Part shown: piece after piece, positions 30,270 through 40,640 of the stretch
How positions within the stretch are numbered: position 1 is the stretch's first letter
Layout of the letters: each line of letters starts with the position of its first letter
NCBI GenBank assembly: GCA_001642005.1
Contig: LWCA01000200.1
Location: 1-40,640 of the forward strand
Origin: Intoshia linei
Taxonomy: Eukaryota; Animalia; Orthonectida
Reading direction: 5' to 3'
DNA: 40,640 nt
The notes under the pieces: model-generated
Database searches by the model: none
Told to the model about the DNA's origin: nothing
Seen by the model: only the letters and a program-made list of their open reading frames with translations
Translations under genes and position numbers: made by a program

Positions 30270-33200
30270 ATGCACCTGTCATTTCAAAAAATGCGAATTG
30301 ATGATGTGGATAACTTAAAAATATTGTTCAACGAGTTGTTTCCAATCAAGTAAATTTACAATTTTTTTATTTTCTAGGAAGCCCCAAAATCATGTGATAT
30401 TAAATTTAACACGGCAAAATTTCCGTAATTAATGTTCGTTAACGAAAAAGTAAATTATTTTACAATTATCGATGCAGAATACCTGAAAAAATCTTTTATT
30501 AAATTTTTTTATAGTATCTCAAGAGTCCCGATTCGGGACAGACTATGTCCAACATGAATCGATAATATTATCAGTATAATGGTTAATAGACAGGGAATAT
30601 TTTTCTTATAATTTGATTGCATTGGAAATTACCATATTTTTCGTCATCAATTTAAAAGCCATTAAAAAATCAATTGCAAAAACTGAATTTAATTATTATT
30701 GATATTTACGTTAATATTTTATATTTATTGTCATTTTTTAATTCTATTGATTAATTGGATAATGAATGTTTCATTTTAATGGACTAAAATGTAACGAAAT
30801 TTATGTTTCCCATATTAAGGTTCCAAAACAGTTAGTTTTTAAAAAAGTTGAATATTGAAAAATAAAAGTAAACTAATTATTAGTGTTTCTTAACCGTATG
30901 GTTAGGTCTCACTAGTGGACCGAGTGCGGACTTTGCTTTATTTTAAGTTTTTCAAGTTGTGATTGATGATAATGTTCATGATTTTAAAAAATATCGAGAA
31001 TATCCTTACTTATTTTACCATGGTAGACCTTTTTTATTTTTAACGGAGAGGAGAGCAGAGTAGATTTTGCCTACCGCTGTGGGGTAACTTCACAATTACT
31101 GATAATGTGAATAAACACGAAAAATGTATGTATGTTTAATTCTTAGTTTATTTGTTTCAGTTTATTTAAGAACGTAAGGGAAGTCGAGTTTTACAAATTC
31201 CATATTTTTATAACAGTTTTTCCAGAGTAGTGTTATCACAAATGTCAATTTCAGAAATTGACTGCTTCAAGGTTAAAAACCCAATTGTTAGGTTTTTAAA
31301 TTCAAACCCACTCTAAAATTATAAAAATTACACATTCTAATAAAAAGTTTTGAATTAATCAATATTATGATAATTTTCAACTTCAAAATCTTATGTCTTT
31401 ACGGTCAAAACCACAAATTACCCTTTTTTGTAAAAATTAAGAAAGTGTTAGAATTTTGTATAACATAAATTTTGGAATGATTTTTAAATTCATAAGCATT
31501 TCATTAATGGTAACCTCAAAAAAGGTAATTTTACGGTTAAAACCCCAGATGCAGAGCTGTTTTAAGGCATGGGCAATATGGACTGTAGCCGAGGGCCACT
31601 CATTCAAAAAAAAGCCCCCAAATTAATAAAAGTACTTTACATTTATATTTTAAAAAGAAGCCCCAATTTATTAAAAAATACTTCACATTTTTATCTTAAG
31701 AAACAATGTCAACAATTTAAACATTATTTTATTGGGAAAAAACAAGCAATAACATTTTTGATATGTATAAAGTTATAAAAAGTGATAAATTGGAATCACT
31801 ATTTCCTAATATGAAATCTGCATAAGAATGTTTCTTTTAATGATGGTTGCAAATTGCAAAGGTGAAAGAACTATTTCTAAACTAAGAATAATTAAAAATG
31901 AACTTTGAAATTGCTTGGCTCAACCTCGTTTGAATGCTATCTCCTTAATGTCAATTGAGAATGATATTTTCAATGATATCATATCTGATTTCTCTCAGAA
32001 AAAAGTGAGAAAAACCAACAGTATACCCTGTATTCTAAAAAGGGGTCCTAAAATTTTTTTATCGCTTCGCTCGAAATTTTTTATAACTTCGCTCAAAACT
32101 TTAAAGGACCTCCGGTCTTTTGCTTAGCCCAGAGCCATGAAGTGGCTTAAGACGGCTCTGCCCCGATGACCCTTTTTTTTAAATAAAAACATCCCTAGAA
32201 TTTAAAAGTTTTTAGATGATTCAGTTATATCTAGTTAACACAAAAAATGTCAAAGTGATTAAGTAACGCTTTCATGGTCAAAAAATCACTTTAATATTCA
32301 TTTTTTTTAATTTGAAACTATTTTATTAAAAAAAAAAGAGATTATTTTTATACAGCTTATTCCAGTTGTTATAAATACAACATTTTATCTCGAAATCTAC
32401 GCACTACTGGTGAAAAATAATTTTTAATATATTTCAAATGTTGGATTAAAATGAAAAATGTAAATATTGATCCTACTATTTAAAAAAAGTGCATTGAAAG
32501 TGTAAAGTGTCTTAAAATAATTAATATAAAAAAATAATATTCTGAAAATTCTCCTTCAAGGGGTTGGTTAAAAAACCCTCCCATTTAAGGGTTCGTAAAA
32601 AAATATTGTGAAAATTTCCTTTTGACTGATTGATAAAAATATATTGATAATATTTAATTTTTATATTATGAAAATTGAAACCAATATTATTTACCTAAAA
32701 TCGAAATATTGTACTAGAAATTCAGTTTTTTTTTAATTCTAGAACTTAATTTTTTTAATTAAACGGTAGCAAACACGGTCATGAAAATTTAAAATTAGTT
32801 TGTGTGCGAAGTTAGGTTGATAGTTTTAATTTAAGATTAATTTTTTTTAATTTTTTATAATTTTATTACATTTATGTATTTTAGATACTCTCATAATTGG
32901 TACATGGAAATAATGCTGTCTTTAAAATATCTATACGCAAATGTAGTGTATGATAAAGATGCAGATCGGTTAGTTGCAGCGATTATTTGTAGTACCAAAT
33001 TACCTAACGATATGAGATGTAATCAAGTAATTTAATTATTACATTTATTAAGAGTATAGGATGATTTTATTACTTTGTACAAACAGCATCCTGGCTCTGC
33101 CGAGGGCACATTTTTATTCTACCAAAAAAATGAATTCAATATGAAAATATAACTTAAAAATACTACTATTCACTATTATCAATTATTCAAAGGAGTGGTT

Positions 33201-34668
33201 ACCAAACGTATTTCACGTGTACCCATCATATCACATTACATTTTAATTTAAAGTGAATTATTCCCACTTAATTTTATTTTGTTAAAATTTGTGTAAATAA
33301 TTTTGTGAATTTATTAGAGAGAATGAGTGTTTAATCTTACAAATGAAGTAAAAACAGTACAATCCTAAAAATATTCATATATTTTAACTTTTATTCAAGA
33401 AAAATTAAAATTGTAAACACCGGTATTTTCTTTTTTAATGTGACTACAATTAATTTGATAATAACCCTGATTTTTGATTGAGGACATGGAGGATGACAAT
33501 TAATATTATTATTAGGGCAATTTTTTATTGACCTATAGAATAACAAAAAAACTGACTTAAAAATTAAATTACTGACTTTATCTTGACCTTAAAATTTTAG
33601 TTTGTTTCTATGGTTAATACCAAGTGAATATACCGTACCACAAACCTTCTTTTCGTAGTCCTTAAATTAAATCAATACAATATTTAAAACACCTTAATTT
33701 TAATATTCTTATAGGCACCGAATGAAACAAACAATTTAAATCTCACTGTGTGATGTTAGAGATGTTGAAAATTATTATTGTTTACTGTAGTATAACATAA
33801 TATACTTCTTAACATTATCTGGTAAAAATTGCCTCTGTTTAGTTACCAATTTTTTTAACAAACTGAAACTCCGTTCAACACTATTTGTGATAAATGGCGC
33901 TTTTCTTAATAAATTGTATAGATAAGGTGGTATTTGTTCAATTTTATTGTTCATTATATCATAAATATTATTTTTTTAAGTCGAATATCCTTTAAAAAAA
34001 TTATTGACTTTATGGCATTAAAAAAACTTACTTTATGGCATTTAATGACTTTATAAAGATTTAATTAGCTAATTAATAAACATAATATTGATATCATGAT
34101 GCTTGTAATTTTGTGCTGATTATCATATTAATGTGACATTTTGCCATAAAAAACTGACCTAATTATTATTTATTTATTTAAATTTAGGAAAAATGTTTGA
34201 TCAAATCGTATTCCAACTTATTCATGTCACCCCAAGTTGGCTATATTGTTAGTTTAGGAGTAAGCGAATCTCATCGGCGACATGGAATCGGTATTTTGTT
34301 AATATTAAAAATTATCTAATAATTATTTAGCATCTCGTTTACTAAAAAAGTATTTGGAGCACATAGACAATTTCAACAAACTAACTGGAAATTATTTTTG
34401 TATTTATATGCACACTCTCGTTGATAACCATGCGGCTATACAATTTTATTTAAAACATGGATTTAAAAATTTCGAAATACGAAAAGATTACTACAACATA
34501 AACTCTACACTTTGCGATGCAGCCATCCTTGTGCAATATCTAAAACCAAAATCTACCATAAACATTTTATTCACAGCCTTCAAAAGATTTTTTTCAAACT
34601 ATGAGCAATACGCTTGTCCTATTTTTTTAACCATTTTACTCGTTATTTATATTAATTTATTTGTGTAA
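30270..34668 (+). CDS. NAA60: N-alpha-acetyltransferase 60-like GNAT, 4 exons
   Basis: Exons 30270-30349, 32885-33026, 34188-34290 and 34331-34668 read LFPIKYSHNWY, YIVSLGVSESHRRHGIASRLL (acetyl-CoA motif), YMHTLVDNHAAIQFY...GF...DYYNI. Confidence 0.8.
31552..32160 (+). mobile_element. Internally deleted hAT transposon nested in another repeat
   Basis: TIRs CAGAGCTGTTTTAAG and CTTAAGACGGCTCTG with TSD CCCAGATG/CCCCGATG. Carries a decayed hATC relic (LFPN...NCKGERTISKLRIIKNEL*...QPRLNAISLMSIE). Confidence 0.85.
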
Positions 34669-34717
34669 ATAAATTTTCTACATCAAGTTAACTTTTTTGA
34701 GTCATGCATGAGTAATT

Positions 34718-37674
34718 ATGATTGAAACTAGTGAAATTCAAAATCGGTATGTGGCTGAAACGTTGGATAAAACTGATGAAAATGTGGAATATGATCATGT
34801 AAAATACGCAGCCAATGAATTGGCGGAAAGTATACCGAAACGTCCAAAATTTGATTTTTGGATGTACATTCCACGAAAAAGATTTATTTCGGTACTGAAA
34901 CGTGTTTTGTTTTATTCATCATTCTATTCAATTCTTGCTGGCTTTTTTGCAGTATTGTTGGGTATAGTACTTTCTACTTTGGATATCACGGAACCGTTTC
35001 TATCAAATGGAACATACATTATGGGAATTAACCCGGGAATGGATTTCAGGCCCAATATTGATGGATCCTTTATTTCATTTACTCAAGGAGAACCATCTGG
35101 TAACTTTTATATTTGAATCTTCTGCGATCTATACACATCTATTATAATAATTATCAAAGCCGAACCGATCTAGTTCAATGCCCCTAAAAAATCACAAAAC
35201 ATGTGTAATGGCATAGCCCCTAGCTACCTATCCAAAGTTCTTGACATTTTAAATTAAATACACAAAATAAATATGATATTCAAGAATAGAATTTTTTAAT
35301 TTTCAATTTGTACTTGATAATTATAAAAAAAATTCATATTAAAATGTGGACGTCCATTCTCTATAACTGGTTCCCGATTCAAAATATTTTTTTTGGACCT
35401 CAAATGAAACATGAAATATAAAATGATTTTTTTAAAGTTTATTCTCATAAGATTAGATTTAGTAAAAGTGATTTTTTATTTTGGGTTTTGGATTAGCAAG
35501 TTGTTTTCTCATAAGATTTCGTAAAATCGGATTTTTCAAAAAAATATGGAAAATTTCTCTTAAACTTTTCTAAAATTGGATTTTTATTTTGCGGTTGAAA
35601 TAAGAGGTTTTTATTATGAAATTTGATAAAATCATGTTTTTCAAAAAAATATTGGAAAAAGGGGATTTTCCCTTAAGAGTTTAAAATAATTTTAAATAAA
35701 TTAAAGCCTCTACTTTAAAAAGAATTTCGTCGAGATCCCTCGGGCGAAGGATCTCGCATACGGCACTGGTAGTTCGCCATAAGTATGTTTGAAATTAAGA
35801 ATTTTTTTAATTACGTTATTGAAGCTACCTTGTCAGAATTAATGTAAAATTTTCGATTTAAGGAGGAATATATAATAAAAAAATCAAAATATTACCTTAA
35901 TGACGTATTCAGGTTTAAGGGGATTTTTTAAAAAAAATATGTGGTCCATGGTGGAATAATTTTGGGAACCACTGACTTATACCGTCATAATTATCAATTT
36001 TAGAATTTATCATATTATTGATTTTTTGAAATTTTTTAATTTAATTTAATTTAATTCTTTAATGAAAAATTTTGCAGATAATTTTGGGACTTAAATTTGG
36101 TAGGATTTTTAAGGGAAATTTTTTTGAACTCAATTTTTAAAAATTTTGAAGATGATATTGGGACCTAGATTTAATAGAATTTTTAAGGGGAATTTTATTT
36201 TATCCAATTTATAAACATTTTGAAGATTATTGTGAGACCTAGATTTAGTAGGGTTTTTAATGGAACATTTTTTTACCCAATTTTTAAAGATTCCATAAAA
36301 TATTAAAAAAATGTTTCCTTTATAACCTACCAAATTTTTGTCCCAATATTATCGTCAAAATTTTTAAAAATTGAGTAAAAAAAAAAAATTTCCCTTAAAA
36401 ATTCTACCAAATCTAAGTCCCAAAATTATCTGCAAAATTTTTGTCAAAATATCAATAATATGATTAATTAGCAAACTCTATGATTATGTTGCTCAATTGA
36501 ATCCTCGTCAAAAATGTGTTTAAAATATAAATTTTTCAAGGAACTCAAAACCTGTACATGGGTCCAAGGCTTCCATCGCTTATTTACTTATTTTCTGCCA
36601 TATAATAAAATCAGTTTTGGTTTAAATTTTAAATACAAGAAATTAGACCCATGTAAGGTATGGAGGGAAAGAATAGTTATTCATTTTTAGAATCAAGATT
36701 CTAGAATAAGAGATAAATCTGATGAAAATTATCATGTTTTTTGTCGAGTTTAAAAATTTTAAAGAGACTAAATTTAAAATGTTAAATTGTAGTATAATGT
36801 AAGTTAATGTTTAGTAAAATTTAAAATGGGGTTTTGATCGAATTTTTTATAAATTTTAAGGGTTGTTTTATGGTAAATTTCTTTTTAAATTTCAATAGAT
36901 AATGCATTTAGGGAACTTTTAAACGTTACACAAGTGTAAGTTTATACGTTTTAGGTTATTTTTGTTGGAAAATTTAAAATAGTGTAGTTTATAATATTAC
37001 TGATAACTCGCGTAGGCTGTAAGAATTGACGAGTTGAGTGTTGTTATACATTTTATATATGTATATTGTTTTTAGAATACATCCACTACACAGCTTTAAT
37101 TGAATCATTTATAAATGCATACAAAGATGAATATATAGATACAGCGGATTTGCTGGACTGTCCAAGCGATAATGTAGATATTGCCGATAATAAATTTTGT
37201 AAATTTGATATTAAAAGACTTCGACAGTGTACCAAGGAACGTGAATATGGATTTAAATTTGGCAAGCCATGTGTTTTATTAAAATTAAACAAAATGTTTA
37301 ATTGGACTCCTATAATTACAAAAAAAACCCACGACAACATGCAAGAGTTTTACCGAAATGGCTATTTTTCTCCAGATTACAAAAACAGCCAATTTACTAA
37401 TTTCAATCTTGTATACGTGACATGTAACGGAGCGACTCCTTTCGACGAAAGTAATATGGGGAAATTAGCCTACTATCCTACTCAAGGATTTCACGTTAAA
37501 CATTTTCCTTACAGAAATCAACGAGGTTATCAACAACCCTTTGTGTTTGTTGAATTTCAAAATATGACTAATAGTGTTGCAATTCAAATTATTTGCCGTG
37601 TTTGGGCTGATAATATCAAACACAAGTTTACTACAAGGTCTGGAATGGTTACATTTCAAATTAGATTGGATTGA
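34718..37674 (+). CDS. Na,K-ATPase beta subunit (nervana/ATP1B family), 2 exons
   Basis: Exons 34718-35099 and 37076-37674. Single TM with FYSSFY, NPGMDFRP, six extracellular Cys, YGFKFGKPCVLLKLNK, FPYRNQRGYQQP and CRVWADNI...GMVTF. Confidence 0.93.
35365..35974. mobile_element. hAT-like MITE carrying an internal minisatellite
   Basis: Ends are (AAC)TGGTTCCC and GGGAACCACTG. The left part is homologous to the element starting CAGTGGTCCCGATTCAAA at 39688. Confidence 0.55.
36009..36463. repeat. Long imperfect palindrome with internal ~75-80 bp subrepeats
   Basis: AAAAATTTTGCAGATAATTTTGGGACTTA (~36065) is inverted as TAAGTCCCAAAATTATCTGCAAAATTTTT (~36414). Outer ends are ATCATATTATTGAT and ATCAATAATATGAT. 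Confidence 0.85.
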
Positions 37675-37777
37675 TTGTCTAATAAATTTTTAAGTGTTTA
37701 TTGGTTACTTGGATTTTTATTATTTTTTTTTCAATATTTTAATATTATCATATTTTCGTCTCGTGATTTAGTTTGTC

Positions 37778-39639
37778 ATGAATTTTAATGAAATGTTTGA
37801 TATCAAGAAAGGTATCGAAATAGTGGTTTATCAAGAAATGAAAAATCAAGACACTCGAGAAAAATTACAATTACCAGAGTTTTTTTTTGCATTAACTATA
37901 GAGTATAATGGTTCAAAAAATTATGCCTTCAATACTAATTTAAATTTAATTTTTTAAACTATTCATTTTAGAATGTTACAAGACAATATCAAAAAATATA
38001 TAAACGATAAACTATTTCATGTAGTACAAGTTTCAACAGAGAATGTGACTTTAACCAAAAATTCAACATGTTCAGACAAGTATTTTAGTATACTAAAGGA
38101 CATTTTATCGTCAAACGAGTAATAATAACTAAATGTAATAATGGTAAATTGTATAATTACAATTGGAATAAGCAAAAGTAGCTATTGTCAAGTCAATTTT
38201 TATATGGTCCAATCTTTAGCATTTAATAATATTAATATATGTGACATCTCCGATTGAAATTTGAATCAACTTTTTTTATATATTATCCATTAGAAAAATA
38301 TTTTAGTAGATTTTGTATTTTATCAATGTTGATTAAAATTATTTAATGAACTAGGTATGTATCAAGTCAAAACTTGATTTATAATTTGATTGATGATGTA
38401 TTCATGGAAAAATATAAAAAAGAAGACAATGATGATAATGATGCGGAAACAGAAAAAAGTAGTTTAGATTCCAAAGAATTATGCAGCAGCGGAGACACTA
38501 TCACTTTGAATGATTCTTCTTCTAATTTGGTTATTTTATAACTAGCTTGTCTATGAAACTATTAAACATAATTAAATATTGATTCTATAATTATAAATAC
38601 CTAAACGACAAATTACCACAATTTCAACTTTTTCCTTTGATATAATGAAAATATTACCTGTACAAAAAATTGCGTCTTTTTTCATTTTGTTTTTTAATGT
38701 ATCGATAACAATTTTTAATCTAGATGGCGCAATTTTTTTTATTTCAACAGGAAATTTGTAAATTATAAATTTTATATTAAAAAAATTTCGTTTAGTCATT
38801 CTTACTGATGAGTACTGAACAATTTGAAAAAATATCCATCAATTTGGACAAATCAACTGATATTAACGTGATTTATTTTGTTAATTTTGATTATTTTATT
38901 ATATTTTTTTATCTGTTTATGATTACTTATTGGTTCATAAATTTAGACAAAATTAAGTGCATTAAATATGCTTATGCAGGCAACGACATTAGACGTACAC
39001 AATTTCTCGTTTTGGCCTAAATTACAAGAGGGTTTGTACCACTGTTTTCAATGTGATAATAAAAAATTATGGGTAAGAATAAAAAATAGCTTTAAATGGT
39101 AAATGATTATATATGCATTAAGGTACTGGTCATGAAAATAATTGTAAAATCTATATCCATATCAATCAATTCATTCTCAAAATTTTTGGAAATTATTAGT
39201 AATTAATTCTTGCATCCATTTTATATACAATTTAGCTAAATACATTACTTTTGTATTCACGCCAAAAAAAAATCATTTTTCATTATTTAAAAAGGAAATG
39301 GTACTAAACTTGGACGATGACGTCACTCTTAAAATTATCAAATCTGTAATACAATCGATATAATATATAATTTTATTGATAGTTTCAAATAATTGTCAAA
39401 TTTTCAATTTATTTGGCCTCATCTACTATTAGATTTCCGAACAGGTACATTGTACTTTTTATATTTTATAATTTCATATTGTGAATTTTAGAACTATTAC
39501 ATCATGGATTGAAAAAATATTTTTTTTACTAAATATCAACATTGATAATGAATTACTGGCTGGCAATTTAGTCACATTGCAACCAATTCACTTTTTTTCA
39601 CTGGTTGATTCGAAATGTGAATGTATTACTTTATGGAAT
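37778..39639 (+). CDS. TBC1D32: Broad-minded/TBC1D32-like protein, 5' part (continues past window)
   Basis: Exons (approx.) 37778-37902, 37972-38118, 38355-38529, 38796-38867, 38947-39071, then ~39123-39345, ~39383-39444 and 39492-39639. TKLSALNMLMQATTLDVHNFSFWPKLQEGL and LQPIHFFSLVDSK...W resemble recalled BROMI N-terminal motifs (PIYFFALVD). No stop codon is reached. Confidence 0.65.
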
Positions 39640-39687
39640 GTAAGTTTTATAATGTGAAATTATCGGGTAAATAAGATAAGTTTATAT

Positions 39688-40160
39688 CAGTGGTCCCGAT
39701 TCAAATAGTGTACGAACCCCATTACAAATTTTTTTTTGTCCATAGGTAACATGAAATATAAAATATTTATATAACAATTAAAGGTTATTTCTCATAAGGT
39801 TTTGTAAAATCGTTTTTTTCAAAAAATATTAAAAAAAGAGGATTTTTCCATGAGTTGGCAAAAGTGGATTTTTTATTTTAGTTTTTGGCTTGGGAAGTTG
39901 TTTTTGATAACATTTGGTAAAATCGTATTTCTCAAAAAAATATTTGAAAAAGTGGATTTTTATTTTGGTTTTTGAGTTAGAAAGTTGTTGCTGATAATAT
40001 TTAGTAAAATCGTATTTTTAAAAATATTATTGGAAAAAGGGGATTTTTCCATTACGAGTTGCGAAAATTGGATTTTTTATATTGGGTTTTGGGTTAGGAA
40101 GCTGTTGCTGATAAGAATTGGTAAAATCGTGTTTTTCAAATAAATATTGGAAAAAAAGGC
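39688..40160. mobile_element. hAT-like MITE end followed by higher-order minisatellite
   Basis: CAGTGGTCCCG start followed by three related blocks of about 90-120 bp. Confidence 0.55.
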
Positions 40161-40640
40161 TTTTTTACACTGTAAATATTTTTTATTCGTTATCTTTCAA
40201 TAACAAAATTAAAAAAACATTGAAAAAAAATTTTCGTTATCAGAGGGTGCAGTGAACTATATGTGTAACATTTCCTATTAAATTTGAAGAAACTAATTTT
40301 TTGTATCTTTATCCATTAGAAAAAAAATATTTTAGTTTATACATTATTTTTAAGTGAACAGTGTTTAATTAATTATCAGAAATAAAATTTTCATTTAAGA
40401 GATTTAAACTGGATTTTTAACTTACTTATAATTAATAGTTTTATTTTTTAAAAAAATTGGGTAATTTCGGTTTTTGACCTTGAAGGTGTAATTTTCTAAA
40501 AATAATCAGGTAAAATGGTATTTTTTATTTTTGGGTTGAAATAAGCGGTTTTTTCTCATAAGATTTGGTAAAATCAATTTTTTAAAAAAAATATTGGAAA
40601 AATAGATAATAAATAAATAATAAATAAATATTAAAAATTC

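Noticed and set aside
30522-30540. GTCCCG-ATT-CGGGAC hairpin as a terminator
   Set aside because: Eukaryotic intron with no U-tract. At most a TE remnant.

Overview
This is very AT-rich eukaryotic (animal) nuclear DNA, not prokaryotic. The genes are split by GT-AG introns, many only 33-41 bp long, alongside a few kb-scale introns filled with transposons. This pattern suggests a compact-genome ciliated invertebrate such as the orthonectid Intoshia (inference only). Manual splicing gives nine genes: MELK (+), GOLPH3 (+), an ADGRA/GPR124-125-like adhesion GPCR (-), PA28gamma/PSME3 (-), inorganic pyrophosphatase (+), a divergent tubulin that is most likely zeta (+), a NAA60-like GNAT (+), a Na,K-ATPase beta subunit (+) and the 5' part of a TBC1D32/BROMI-like gene (+) that the ORF track almost entirely misses. 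The large introns carry hAT elements with TIRs and 8-bp TSDs (one nested), a Harbinger-type transposase relic, a Helitron-like dispersed repeat and foldback elements built from minisatellites. Most notable are the operon-like gene spacing with splice acceptors just upstream of ATGs (possible SL trans-splicing), an atypical intronic box C/D-plus-hairpin RNA candidate, a cysteine-less GPS in the adhesion GPCR, and the divergent zeta-tubulin. All identifications come from motif recognition; no database search was run.
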